Virus record (IMG/VR): IMGVR_UViG_3300042731_009106
Location: 75,274-139,273 of that record
Length of the DNA: 64,000 bases
Strand: one strand, 5' to 3'
Origin: a virus
The notes under the pieces were generated by a model. It ran no database searches. It worked only from the letters and a program-made list of their open reading frames with translations, and was not told the DNA's origin. Below are positions 25,824-35,838 of this stretch, one piece after another. The number at the start of each line of letters is the position of its first letter. The first letter of the stretch is position 1. Both the position numbers and the translations under genes were made by a program.

Positions 25824-26333
25824 GTGAACTTATATTCTTTATCTACACACCCAAACTCGCCAGAATGTGTCAATGCTGTGGTGGAAATTCCTAAAGGCAC
25901 CTCTGCAAAATATGAATACCATCCCGATGGCTATTTCTTTTATGATAGAAGCCTAAGCAGCTCTATGGTTTATCCAGCTAGCTATGGCTTTATTCCTCAA
26001 ACATTAGGTGATGATGGAGATGCTTTAGATATATTGGTTTATAATGCTACACCCATTGAAAGGGGTACAGTTGTAGAATGTAATGTGATAGGCATTCTTG
26101 ACATGGATGACGAAGGTGATAAGGACTACAAAATACTAGGGGTACCTACTTCTCATGTGAGAGACTACCAATCCTTGGGTGATGTAGACTCTCTATTTTT
26201 AGACATAACTAAAAATTTCTTTTTACACTACAAAGATTTAAATGAAAAAAAAGTAACAGTTCATAATTGGCATGAAAAAAACGAAGCTCACTCTATAATA
26301 AAGGAAGGAAACGAAAAATGGAAACTCTCATAG
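25824..26333 (+). CDS. ppa: family I inorganic pyrophosphatase
   Basis: VEIPKG..KYE, DR, YPASYGFIPQT, DGDALD, DEGDKDYK, FFLHYK. Confidence 0.95.
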   Translation: MNLYSLSTHPNSPECVNAVVEIPKGTSAKYEYHPDGYFFYDRSLSSSMVYPASYGFIPQTLGDDGDALDILVYNATPIERGTVVECNVIGILDMDDEGDKDYKILGVPTSHVRDYQSLGDVDSLFLDITKNFFLHYKDLNEKKVTVHNWHEKNEAHSIIKEGNEKWKLS

Positions 26334-26392
26334 TTATTGGCTTATTAGCTATTCTCTATACATTTTGTGTTTGGGAAAAATATAAGTGGTAA

Positions 26393-27769
26393 ATGAATTT
26401 TCTAGATTTATCCAACATAGCTTTATGTTGCATCGATGATGTTGATACAGATCGAGCAATCAAGGTTTTAAACCATTGTTCTAACCTATGTTTTTTTGAA
26501 TCTATTAACTTATTTACAAGTAAAAAAGTTAGTCTTCCTTTTGGAGTTTCAGTTCATCAAACTCAACCACTTGAATCCGTAGAAGATGTTGATAATTTTA
26601 TAGCTCAAAGTTTGTTTAAATTTATTGAACATTCGAAGTGTTCACATGTATTACTAGTTCAACATGATGGGTTTATATTGAATCCTCATGCTTGGACCAA
26701 TGAATTTTTGTGTTATGACGTTATAGGAGCTCCAGCTGAAGAAGCTGGCGCTCCCCCAACTACAGAAGGGGTTGTGAGATTTTTTAATTCTGGCTTTGCT
26801 CTTTTTAGTAAAAAATTACTTCAAGCATTCTCGGAAATCGTTGAATCAGAAAATATTAAATCAGTCTCGCCATTAGATGGAACTACTTCTGGCCTCGTTC
26901 AACCAAATGGAATAAACTTTAGAGAAAAGTTTACTGAATTAGGTTTTCATTATCCTTCTGGCGAACTTGCTAGCCAGTTTTCCGTAGAATATAGTGAACA
27001 TAAAGGTAGCTTTGGCTATCATTCAAGAGCTTTTCAACACCTTAATCAATTTAAATTAGGGCAATCCTTTGATAGGTTCTTAGATGAGCACGCATACAAA
27101 AAACAGACACACAAGTTTTACCAAATAGGCTATAAAGAGGAACATATTGAACAAGTTTTGCCTAATTTTGAGTTTGTACTAAATTATCCAAATTCCATAT
27201 TTTTGGAGCACGCGGCCATATCTAGAATTATCAACCCCCACATCACCTTCGACTGGATTGGATTCTTCCCTTATCGAGTTCGTGAAAAACTAAATGAAGA
27301 TTTCTCTTATGAAAAATGCGTAGATATGTGTGAAAGATTTCCAAAAGCTGACATATTAAGTCATGGCACATTAAAGTATGGCAATCATATCACTTCCAAC
27401 CCAAGAGAAATACACCCTGATATGTGGCCAGTTTTTGATAAAATCATGCATAAGTTAGGATTTCTTAAATTCAATGAACAAGCTTTCTCGGAGCCTTTAA
27501 AAATGATTTACACCAGCAGTTTTATAGGCAAAAAAGACATTCTTCTAAATTACAGAGATGAACTTTTAGTGCCCATGATGGACTTAATGCAGTTTGATGA
27601 TGAAATTTACCACCTTTCTCGTGAACGGTCTGACTACGGATTTATGCCACCTAAAGAACTCACTGACATTAGCGGCCTACCCTACTGGACCCACGTACCC
27701 TTTTTATTAGAAAGGGCTATAAGCTTTTATTGTGAAATAAAAAACCTCGAAATACGTTTTTGTCTATGA
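26393..27769 (+). CDS. two-domain glycosyltransferase-like protein (DUF5672-like N-terminus)
   Basis: HVLLVQHDGFILNPHAW..EFLCYDVIGAP, FNSGFALFSKKL; second domain ends PFLLERAISF. Confidence 0.6.
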   Translation: MNFLDLSNIALCCIDDVDTDRAIKVLNHCSNLCFFESINLFTSKKVSLPFGVSVHQTQPLESVEDVDNFIAQSLFKFIEHSKCSHVLLVQHDGFILNPHAWTNEFLCYDVIGAPAEEAGAPPTTEGVVRFFNSGFALFSKKLLQAFSEIVESENIKSVSPLDGTTSGLVQPNGINFREKFTELGFHYPSGELASQFSVEYSEHKGSFGYHSRAFQHLNQFKLGQSFDRFLDEHAYKKQTHKFYQIGYKEEHIEQVLPNFEFVLNYPNSIFLEHAAISRIINPHITFDWIGFFPYRVREKLNEDFSYEKCVDMCERFPKADILSHGTLKYGNHITSNPREIHPDMWPVFDKIMHKLGFLKFNEQAFSEPLKMIYTSSFIGKKDILLNYRDELLVPMMDLMQFDDEIYHLSRERSDYGFMPPKELTDISGLPYWTHVPFLLERAISFYCEIKNLEIRFCL

Positions 27770-28476
27770 ATATACCAATTAAACAAATTAATTATATCAG
27801 CACCCCCACTTTATTTTCTAACATACTAAAAGGATCTATTGCACTTTCATTTTTTAAAGAATCAATTGATGAAGCGGATTGGGTCGAGTATTATAATTCT
27901 CACGAAGATTTATATGGTTCTTTTTCCCCAGAAGATTCTGAAGCTCTTAAATACCACTACGTACATAATGGTATTTTTGAGGGTAGGATGATCAATACTT
28001 TTCCTGATCATTTTCTTTGGCTTGGTAAACCGAAAGAGTTCAGTAATCAAACTTTTGTAATCGGATCACTATTAAATCCTTATGAATACTCAATAGAATG
28101 TTTTATAAACTTAAACTCTAAGTTTACATCAATTAGAGATCACACACCTGAACTTTTCTTGGAGTTTCTTCGTAAGAGTGGTCCTTACGAAACTTTATTG
28201 CAAGATTCAAATATATACGATCAAGTAAAATTTTTCTTTAAGCCTCAATCTTATTTTTTCTTTGATGAAAACAACAATAATGTTACTAACTTTTTAATAA
28301 GATCTGATAGATTTGAAAAAGATAATTCTTTTTTGCAAGATTTAATACAATTAGAAAGCCATCCTTATACGAGAGATTTAATTGATATATCTAAATATAT
28401 AACATCAGACGATCATTGGAATTTAATTAAAGATATTTATCGTTCAGATTTTGATAATTTTGGCTATGAGCGATAG
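27766..28476 (+). CDS. degenerate sulfotransferase-fold protein with a DWxxY...HY...EGR insert
   Basis: LLNPYE and the C-terminus IKDIYRSDFDNFGY match the neighbouring sulfotransferases; the PKTG loop is absent. Confidence 0.5.
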   Translation: MNIPIKQINYISTPTLFSNILKGSIALSFFKESIDEADWVEYYNSHEDLYGSFSPEDSEALKYHYVHNGIFEGRMINTFPDHFLWLGKPKEFSNQTFVIGSLLNPYEYSIECFINLNSKFTSIRDHTPELFLEFLRKSGPYETLLQDSNIYDQVKFFFKPQSYFFFDENNNNVTNFLIRSDRFEKDNSFLQDLIQLESHPYTRDLIDISKYITSDDHWNLIKDIYRSDFDNFGYER

Positions 28477-29227
28477 TCATACATTAAATATCGTTACTCC
28501 ATGCAGCCGAACAACTTATTTAAGATCTATTTATTACTCTATAGGAGCCTCCTTTTTTAACCTTCCTCACAAAATTAACTGGCATATAGTTTTAGATAAA
28601 CATGTAAAATACGATAAATGCCCAATAAAAAAATGCCCTGAGTTCCGTTCTATTTCAATTATTTTGCATCAATCTTTAACTAAGAGTTATTACGGTAATT
28701 GTTGTCGAAATATAGCCCTTGATTTAATTGATTCCGGTTTTATTTATTTTTTAGATGATGACACTTTAATGCATTTAAATTTTGGCAAATATTTTCAATT
28801 TTTTCAACCAAATAACGCTTATACTTTCTTAAGTGAAGGTTTACCTTTTAATGTGTTAAGAATAATACAATCGAAAGCTAATAACTTTCAAATTATTGAT
28901 TGCAATCATTCTCAAATTGGACCAAATTACCAATCTTACGCTACAGCTTTAGAAAATTATCAATTACTTTTAAATCAACCAACCTTCTTATCTTTCCTTG
29001 CCCCAAATTACCCATTGCCATCAAGGATAGACTCAAGCATGTTTTGTGTTTGCAGTAGTTTAGTTAAGGAAACGCGCTGGGATGACTCAAATTACAGGTC
29101 TGATGGAGTTTTCATCAGTAGAATAGTCGAGAGTGTAGGTTTTGAAAATCTTAAATATGTTAATAAAATTTTAGGTCATTATAATTTTTTAGATCCAGAT
29201 CCAAAACCTACAATTTATCGTGAATAA
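28466..29227 (+). CDS. GT2-like glycosyltransferase
   Basis: IVTPCSR, GNCCRNIALD, IYFLDDD, IDSSMF. Confidence 0.7.
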   Translation: MSDSHTLNIVTPCSRTTYLRSIYYSIGASFFNLPHKINWHIVLDKHVKYDKCPIKKCPEFRSISIILHQSLTKSYYGNCCRNIALDLIDSGFIYFLDDDTLMHLNFGKYFQFFQPNNAYTFLSEGLPFNVLRIIQSKANNFQIIDCNHSQIGPNYQSYATALENYQLLLNQPTFLSFLAPNYPLPSRIDSSMFCVCSSLVKETRWDDSNYRSDGVFISRIVESVGFENLKYVNKILGHYNFLDPDPKPTIYRE

Positions 29228-29792
29228 TTTTGTTTTTCAAATTGGTTTCAATAAGTGTGGGACTCGCTCCCTGTATCATTTGTTCTCTGAAAGTAAAATT
29301 CCATCCCTACATTGGCACAATGATCACGGAAAACTGCCAAAACTCATGCTTCATAATTTTTTTGCGGGTAGACCCTTAATACCCTCAAGTTATGAAAAGT
29401 ATGTTTTCTTTTCTGACTTAGAGGACATCTATCACAATAAATATTTAGCCAATCACTCATATTATTTTTATCAATATTTATATAATCAATACCCCAACTC
29501 TAAATTTATTTTAAACATTCGACCTCTGGATGATTGGCTAAACTCTAGGCTAAGGCATGATGATGGAAAATATTTAAAACAATATATGCAAACTTTAAGC
29601 CTCAATAAGAGTGAAATTATAGACTACTGGGTAGACCATTTTAACAATCATATTCAATCGGTTAAAGATTTTTTTCTAGATAAACCAAATAAATTAATTA
29701 TATTTAATATTGCTACAGATAAAGTTGACAAACTCATTAACTTCTTTCCAGACCTTAATTTAAAATTTGAAAACTGGAAACAAATTCGATGA
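29220..29792 (+). CDS. sulfotransferase (P-loop type)
   Basis: FQIGFNKCGTRSL (5'-PSB loop); KFILNIRPLDDWLNSR (3'-PB). Confidence 0.8.
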   Translation: MNNFVFQIGFNKCGTRSLYHLFSESKIPSLHWHNDHGKLPKLMLHNFFAGRPLIPSSYEKYVFFSDLEDIYHNKYLANHSYYFYQYLYNQYPNSKFILNIRPLDDWLNSRLRHDDGKYLKQYMQTLSLNKSEIIDYWVDHFNNHIQSVKDFFLDKPNKLIIFNIATDKVDKLINFFPDLNLKFENWKQIR

Positions 29793-30418
29793 AAAAATTT
29801 TTAGTATATCAATACTTCTGCAAAAGTGACGGAATGTATTGTGATATTGACTCTAGTAATTACTATGAACTCAGCCATCAGTCCATTCAAAAATATTGCC
29901 TACAACACAATATAGATTATGAATTGCTTGACAATGGTCACAAAATCACTCCTTTTTATGGAATCTTTGTTCCTTTTTGTTTAAATCACATATATAACTA
30001 TGATGCAATTTGCTTTATTGACTCTGATGTTTTAGCTACTAAAAACTCAATAAATGTTTTTGACTATTATCATGAATCAAAAATCACGGCCAATATTATG
30101 GACTTAGGTCACGCTAATACTGGTGTGGTCATTTTTCCAAAATCATTTTTCACAGAGATTAAAACTAATATACTGGATAAGCTAGAAGATATGCATGATA
30201 AAATCCTTCCCATCATGGATAAGTATGGCCCATTTGATCAATATTTAATAAATAAGTTTTATCTACCAGACAAAATAAATAATTTACCAAAACATATGAA
30301 TTGGGTTATTCACAGATATGGCTTAAACAATAGATTTGAAAAAAGCTTAATTCACTATAACATGGCTTATAAGTCTCACATTCACAAAGATTTCGTGAGT
30401 GATCTAATTTTAAAATGA
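29789..30418 (+). CDS. GT-A glycosyltransferase (GT8/GT34-like)
   Basis: FIDSDV (DxD), NTGVVIF, DQYLIN, LIHY. Confidence 0.65.
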   Translation: MKKFLVYQYFCKSDGMYCDIDSSNYYELSHQSIQKYCLQHNIDYELLDNGHKITPFYGIFVPFCLNHIYNYDAICFIDSDVLATKNSINVFDYYHESKITANIMDLGHANTGVVIFPKSFFTEIKTNILDKLEDMHDKILPIMDKYGPFDQYLINKFYLPDKINNLPKHMNWVIHRYGLNNRFEKSLIHYNMAYKSHIHKDFVSDLILK

Positions 30419-31377
30419 AACTCGCACATATTTCATGCAAACCATCATCTGGTTTAAGTAAGTTAGTTTCATCTTTAGAGATGTTGTTAATCAAGTCCAA
30501 CTTCGTTGTTAGTTTAGTTGATCCTGAAATTCCTTCTGGTAGCTGTGATTTATGTATTCATATGGAGAAAGTTTCCCCTGTTAATACTAAGCTAGCTTCA
30601 CATAATGCATTAGTCCCGATGCCTGAACATGTTCTTTCGTTTGACTATTATGACAAATTAGATTCAGTATTATGTGTTAATAAATACGGCTTTGATCTCT
30701 TTCGAGAGATAGAGCATAAATTTAATTATCAAACTCTCCTTATTGGATGCACTACCCTCATAGACAAACCATTTAAACTTTATGCCAAAGACTATGAGCA
30801 AGCCATACACTTCGCTGGAACATCACCTTGGAAAAATACAAATTTAGTTTTACAAACTTGGAAAAACAATCCAAACCTACCAAAGCTAAATGTTACATGC
30901 TTAGATCGCTCAGAATACAGAAGCTGTTTTCGTGAGCACTCAAAACTCATAAGCGAATGTGTATCTTGCAAAAATATTGAAATCCACACCAAACCTTTAG
31001 CTCGTGATGAAATTTCAGAATTGCAGTCTCTAGCTGGCTTATCTATATGCCCAAGCGAAGCTGAAGGTTATAGTAATTATATAAATGAATCTTTATATTT
31101 TGGTAGCATTGTTTTAACTTTAGATTATCCACCCATGAATGAGTTAGTGGATTCGGATTGTGGTATTGTCATAAAATCAAAACACACTCGCCATCATAAT
31201 AAGCTCAATGTTAGCTGTAGAAGTTTTAGTCAATCTGAATTAGTTAATGGTGTCAACGAATACCTAAATCTTTCTTATGAGAAAAAATTAGAAAGAAGCG
31301 TAAAATCTCATACTATATACCAAAGAAATCAATCATTTTTTCTTAATTCATTTAAACATTTTTTAAATAATGTATAA
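30415..31377 (+). CDS. GT-B glycosyltransferase (GT4-like)
   Basis: HFAGTSPWKNT; ICPSEAEGYSNYINES...VLTLDYPPMNE. Confidence 0.75.
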   Translation: MKLAHISCKPSSGLSKLVSSLEMLLIKSNFVVSLVDPEIPSGSCDLCIHMEKVSPVNTKLASHNALVPMPEHVLSFDYYDKLDSVLCVNKYGFDLFREIEHKFNYQTLLIGCTTLIDKPFKLYAKDYEQAIHFAGTSPWKNTNLVLQTWKNNPNLPKLNVTCLDRSEYRSCFREHSKLISECVSCKNIEIHTKPLARDEISELQSLAGLSICPSEAEGYSNYINESLYFGSIVLTLDYPPMNELVDSDCGIVIKSKHTRHHNKLNVSCRSFSQSELVNGVNEYLNLSYEKKLERSVKSHTIYQRNQSFFLNSFKHFLNNV

Positions 31378-32284
31378 CCACAATGGAATAAAATATTTAT
31401 CACACCAATGCTTATCAGAGTCCAATCAAGAGCAAAAACAATCTTTATTACTGCAGAAACATACAGTTAATTTAAAAGAAGGCTTGTTCTGGCATTTAAG
31501 AGGTGACCCTGAATGGGAGTGTGGTAAACTTTTTTATAAACTTTATGATAATACACATGAGTTAAAGTTCGATAGGTTCAATTATGTTCGTCAAGGAGGA
31601 ACTCATGATCCTCGATACTTTTACTTTAATAGCGACTTGTATTTGCTTTTTAATGGCTTACTACATAGTAACGAGAGAGGAATGTTCTTGTATAACTTTA
31701 GCAAAAATATTTTAACAAAACTTTGGGCTTTGAATACGAGCCACTTATCTAACTTTCCTCAAAAAAACTGGATGCCTTATATTTATTCGGGTGAATTATT
31801 TTTTGTATTTTCTTTTCAGCCAAACTGTGTTTTAAAACTTTCTTCTTTAAATACAGGAGAATGTGAAATCATCAAAGGCGACCCATTAGAATTTGAGTAC
31901 TGGATAGATTATGCTGGATCAACTTGCTTTTCTCAAATCTCTAAAACTAAATTTTTTGGCTTTGCTCGGAGTAGAGTGAGGGAGCCGGGATTTGATAAAA
32001 TCATGAAACCCGTTCCAGTTATTTGGGATGCCGAAAAGCTGGAAGTGATCAAGGATAGTTCTTACATGAAATTTGATGATGAGTTTTTTGATACTGGATT
32101 AGATAAAGGTCCAAGCTTTTACAGAAATAGACCAAACAATACTCCTCCGAACGATATGCATTTTCCATATCATTATGATTTTTTGAATAGTGATAAATCA
32201 CAAATTAATTTATATGTTAATTTTCACGAGTATAAAGATATAGTTATTCAGCTTGATGTAGAAAACTTTTTGTATGATTCCTAA
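31370..32284 (+). CDS. probable beta-propeller glycan-active protein (GH130/GT91-like)
   Basis: HDPR..F, QKNWMPY..ELFFVFS.QP and AGST motifs. Confidence 0.4.
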   Translation: MYNHNGIKYLSHQCLSESNQEQKQSLLLQKHTVNLKEGLFWHLRGDPEWECGKLFYKLYDNTHELKFDRFNYVRQGGTHDPRYFYFNSDLYLLFNGLLHSNERGMFLYNFSKNILTKLWALNTSHLSNFPQKNWMPYIYSGELFFVFSFQPNCVLKLSSLNTGECEIIKGDPLEFEYWIDYAGSTCFSQISKTKFFGFARSRVREPGFDKIMKPVPVIWDAEKLEVIKDSSYMKFDDEFFDTGLDKGPSFYRNRPNNTPPNDMHFPYHYDFLNSDKSQINLYVNFHEYKDIVIQLDVENFLYDS

Positions 32285-33653
32285 AATTCTTCACTATTAT
32301 TGGTCATCAGGCAAGCCAACTAACTTCCATCAGTATTGCCTTGACAGTTGGAGAAAGTCAAACCCTGAATATACAATTCAATGCTTCAACAAAGAAGATC
32401 TAAAAACTTTATCCCAATTTAATTCCTCAGTATTAAATTCTTGTAGAAACTCTTCTGAAGAAAGCGATGTCGCTAGATTTTGGATTCTATATGATCATGG
32501 AGGAATTTATTTAGATACAGATATTGAATTATTTAGTTCAATAGATTCTATTTTTCAAAATAATGATTTTAGTATTGGTTGTAGTAAAGATCATTGTCTG
32601 CAGGGAAGTGTTATCGCCTCTATACCAAAAGGTAAAGAAATTAAATTGTTATGTAAAAACTTACAGAGAAGATTAAAAACTCACCCAAATGCGAGTTCCG
32701 AATATAAGTTTGGACCTCATTATTGCATGGATAACTTAAATTTTACTGAAGTCAATAAAGTATATGACTTTTTCCCTTTTTCTTATTCAGATAGATTATG
32801 TTATAATAAAGATAATATTTTAGATCATTTTCCTAACCTTGTTGGGGTTCATTATTTTGATCATAGCTGGTCAGGTAAATCTATTGACTGTTACATGATT
32901 ACTGATAGAAGTAATGACTTATCTGAATCTAATTATTTATTTTCAAATAAAAAATTCAATAACACACTTAAATCTTTTGACGCAATAATGACTCAAAAGA
33001 GTCAATCTGAAGAAGTTTTGTTTCGTAATTTATCTGAAAACCTTCCTGAAAACTGGATTAACTTTGATGACTCTTGGATTAGGAATAAATATATATTAGG
33101 ATGCTCTGCATCTTATGTGTCTTTATTTTATCAGATTTATACTGAAAAAATTCCAAGTGCAAACTGGTATCTAGTTATGGAAGATGATGTAACACTTAAT
33201 GTTGAATTTTCATATTTAGCGAGTCAATTAAATACCATAACTGCGCAGTTACCAGATGACATAGATTTAGTTAATTTATGTCCGTTAAATAGTATTATTT
33301 CTCACAAACAGTTTGATTTAAAGCATCATATTTTTGCCAACTTTTATCGCAAAAGAAATAGGGCGGCTTTTGGCTCTCAAGTAATTTTGTACAAGCATTC
33401 ATTTATTGAAAAGATGATGAAAAGCTTACCTCTGCGTAATGAAATCGACATACATTATATGCTTGAAATGAATGACGGTAAATTTAAATATTGGGCTCAT
33501 AAAAATAACTGGTTTAATCATTTTGGTGAAGATCATTTAGATAGTGTCAGACAACTATATGCAGATAAATTCAATGAACACTTCCCTGATGAAATATGCA
33601 TCAGAAACTCACGAGAGCTACCCTCTCGCAGGTCTTCTCAGTTAGATCAATGA
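32274..33653 (+). CDS. GT32 (DXD sugar-binding) + GT25-like fusion glycosyltransferase
   Basis: IPKILHYYW...SDVARFWILYDHGGIYLDTD; second domain YLVMEDDV...GSQVIL...EID. Confidence 0.8.
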   Translation: MIPKILHYYWSSGKPTNFHQYCLDSWRKSNPEYTIQCFNKEDLKTLSQFNSSVLNSCRNSSEESDVARFWILYDHGGIYLDTDIELFSSIDSIFQNNDFSIGCSKDHCLQGSVIASIPKGKEIKLLCKNLQRRLKTHPNASSEYKFGPHYCMDNLNFTEVNKVYDFFPFSYSDRLCYNKDNILDHFPNLVGVHYFDHSWSGKSIDCYMITDRSNDLSESNYLFSNKKFNNTLKSFDAIMTQKSQSEEVLFRNLSENLPENWINFDDSWIRNKYILGCSASYVSLFYQIYTEKIPSANWYLVMEDDVTLNVEFSYLASQLNTITAQLPDDIDLVNLCPLNSIISHKQFDLKHHIFANFYRKRNRAAFGSQVILYKHSFIEKMMKSLPLRNEIDIHYMLEMNDGKFKYWAHKNNWFNHFGEDHLDSVRQLYADKFNEHFPDEICIRNSRELPSRRSSQLDQ

Positions 33654-34570
33654 AGTTCTTGTTTATAGCTCCAGAAGGCACTTGTATACCCCCTCAAGGT
33701 CACGGAGCAGTAGAATCTATAGTTTACGATTATTACAGCGGTCTTTCTCGACTAGGTCATGTTGTAAAAATCTACCAAGGTAGCAATTTCGATGAATTTA
33801 AATTATTTACTGATGAATTTAAACCAGACATTTGCTACAGCCATTGTTATTATGGCGTATATAGACAGTTTCTACATTACTGTAAAGCTAAACTTAAGTT
33901 TGCAACCAATCATTTTGGCGAATATTATAATGACATAAACACTAACAAAAAGCAAAGCTTATCTGGTATATCTGGACATTTCAATGTAGACTCAATGCCT
34001 ATTCCAGATAATATTAATTTTATTTGTTTATCTCAAGAAATACTTCGCTATCATCATGACATTTTAGGAGTTGATTTTAAAAATTTATTTTTTATCCCAA
34101 ATAGGGTTTATCCAGATAATTTTACATTTAATGAGCTCCCTACCTTCAATAAATCGATTTATTTAGGAGCAATTTCCGAAAGGAAAAGGCAATTTCTTGT
34201 TAAGGGTATTGACATCATTGAAGTAGTGCATGATAAATCAAAAACTTGGTTACATAATAACCTTACAAATTATAAGAACAGCGTTCTTTTAAGTAGTAGT
34301 GAAGCCGCCTCTCTAAGCGTTGTAGAATCTTTAATGTCGGGCTTAGGCATTGTAATATCAAATGCTTGCTCTTATAATTTAGATACCAATTTAGAGTTTA
34401 TCAATGTCATTAGTGAAGATAACTTAAATATGTCAAACATTCAAAACTTGGTTATGGAGAATGTGGAAGTGTGCCACAAGTTACGAAAACGTATTAGAGA
34501 TTATGCTATGGATAAATTTGATTTTAATAAAAGTATTAAAGAGCTTGTTGACATAATTGATAATATTTAA
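33650..34570 (+). CDS. GT-B glycosyltransferase (GT4-like)
   Basis: IPPQGHGAVE, YLGAISERKRQ, SSSEAASLSVVESLMSGL; start at ATG 33650 (ATGA overlap). Confidence 0.75.
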   Translation: MKFLFIAPEGTCIPPQGHGAVESIVYDYYSGLSRLGHVVKIYQGSNFDEFKLFTDEFKPDICYSHCYYGVYRQFLHYCKAKLKFATNHFGEYYNDINTNKKQSLSGISGHFNVDSMPIPDNINFICLSQEILRYHHDILGVDFKNLFFIPNRVYPDNFTFNELPTFNKSIYLGAISERKRQFLVKGIDIIEVVHDKSKTWLHNNLTNYKNSVLLSSSEAASLSVVESLMSGLGIVISNACSYNLDTNLEFINVISEDNLNMSNIQNLVMENVEVCHKLRKRIRDYAMDKFDFNKSIKELVDIIDNI

Positions 34571-35270
34571 AACCATCAATCAATTGCTTTTGCAATAAAA
34601 AATTTAGATTATCTGGTTCATTTTTATTAACTTTTTTAGTTTCAGACCATTTAAATTTTGGTGGACTTTGAGCATCCCAAAACACTTTCCCTCTGCACAT
34701 GCAACCAGCCAACCAACTAAAACCTCTATGTGACAATATTAAATCTTCAGAGTTTATTAAAGTTAAAAAATCTTCGTCTACATTTGTACTGGTATGATTA
34801 ATTTTTGGAAATAGTTTTTTTAATTCTACTTCAAGCTCAAAAATCCATTTATTTGATTCCGCTTTATTTTTTGTATTATGAAATCCGTAAATTAAATTAC
34901 ATTCTTTATGTTTTACATTTAGTTCGTTCTCAACAATTATATCAACAATCTTCTTCTGAGTTAGGCTTTCTTTTAAAGTGTCTCCTAGTCTTAAATGTAT
35001 ATTTAGAAGATTTTTATAATTACTCTTTTGTTTGATTAAACAAATGCTTTTTAAGAGCTCCCAATCAACATTCTTGATATCTCCCAACCTCCATGATGCG
35101 CACCCTAATTTTGGATCCCAATCATGAAGACTATCTTCAAGGTTAGAAATGTATTCGTAACCTATACTATCTTTAAAGTTCTTACCTTTTGCGAATCTAA
35201 ATCTTATTATATCTGCTAGTGTATATCTATTCTTCCATTGCTTAACCCACTCTGGTATCTCAAAACTCAT
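34536..35270 (-). CDS. fucosyltransferase-like (GT11/GT23-type) domain protein
   Basis: IHLRLGD and DEDF..L......S.RGFSWLAG motifs. Confidence 0.5.
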   Translation of the reverse strand: MSFEIPEWVKQWKNRYTLADIIRFRFAKGKNFKDSIGYEYISNLEDSLHDWDPKLGCASWRLGDIKNVDWELLKSICLIKQKSNYKNLLNIHLRLGDTLKESLTQKKIVDIIVENELNVKHKECNLIYGFHNTKNKAESNKWIFELEVELKKLFPKINHTSTNVDEDFLTLINSEDLILSHRGFSWLAGCMCRGKVFWDAQSPPKFKWSETKKVNKNEPDNLNFLLQKQLIDGFKYYQLCQQAL

Positions 35271-35838
35271 ATTTAAATAACTTAATTTCCTCTTTATAGT
35301 CTTTATAGATAATGTCTCTCATTTTTGGAGAGTAATAATCCTGATAAGAATTATGCTCTGATTTATTTATGTGAGGTAATTCAATTTTAATATTTAATTT
35401 ATCGCATATTTTAAGCCAATCATTTTTCAAACTTTCAAATCTACCAATAAAGTCTACATGGATATTTTGATTTATCTTCATAAAATTAGTTTGAGCTAAC
35501 TTGTGCCTATCGTGATCTAATCTTTTTAATGGTCTACTTTTAGTTCTGAAATAAAATTCCTCTAAATCCATTTGCCTCCATCTCGCTGCAGACACAATTC
35601 TGTCCCAAGGATTTCTTACCACAGAAAACACGAAGTATTCATCTATTGGTTTTTTGATTTGTTTATACTTTATCATTTCTTGAAGGGTAAAATGAACACT
35701 CCAATGCTTAGATTCTTCGTGCCAAAAGTCATAGTCAAATCTATAAATATCGTAATGAGAGGCTAACGCTCTCTCAATACTCGTTCCTCCTGTTTTGGGT
35801 ACATGAAGGAATATAAAATTATGTTCTTCTGATATCAT
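35260..35838 (-). CDS. sulfotransferase family 2
   Basis: FLHVPKTGGTSI; VRNPWDRIVS; DFIGRFE; LPHINKS. Confidence 0.88.
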   Translation of the reverse strand: MISEEHNFIFLHVPKTGGTSIERALASHYDIYRFDYDFWHEESKHWSVHFTLQEMIKYKQIKKPIDEYFVFSVVRNPWDRIVSAARWRQMDLEEFYFRTKSRPLKRLDHDRHKLAQTNFMKINQNIHVDFIGRFESLKNDWLKICDKLNIKIELPHINKSEHNSYQDYYSPKMRDIIYKDYKEEIKLFKYEF

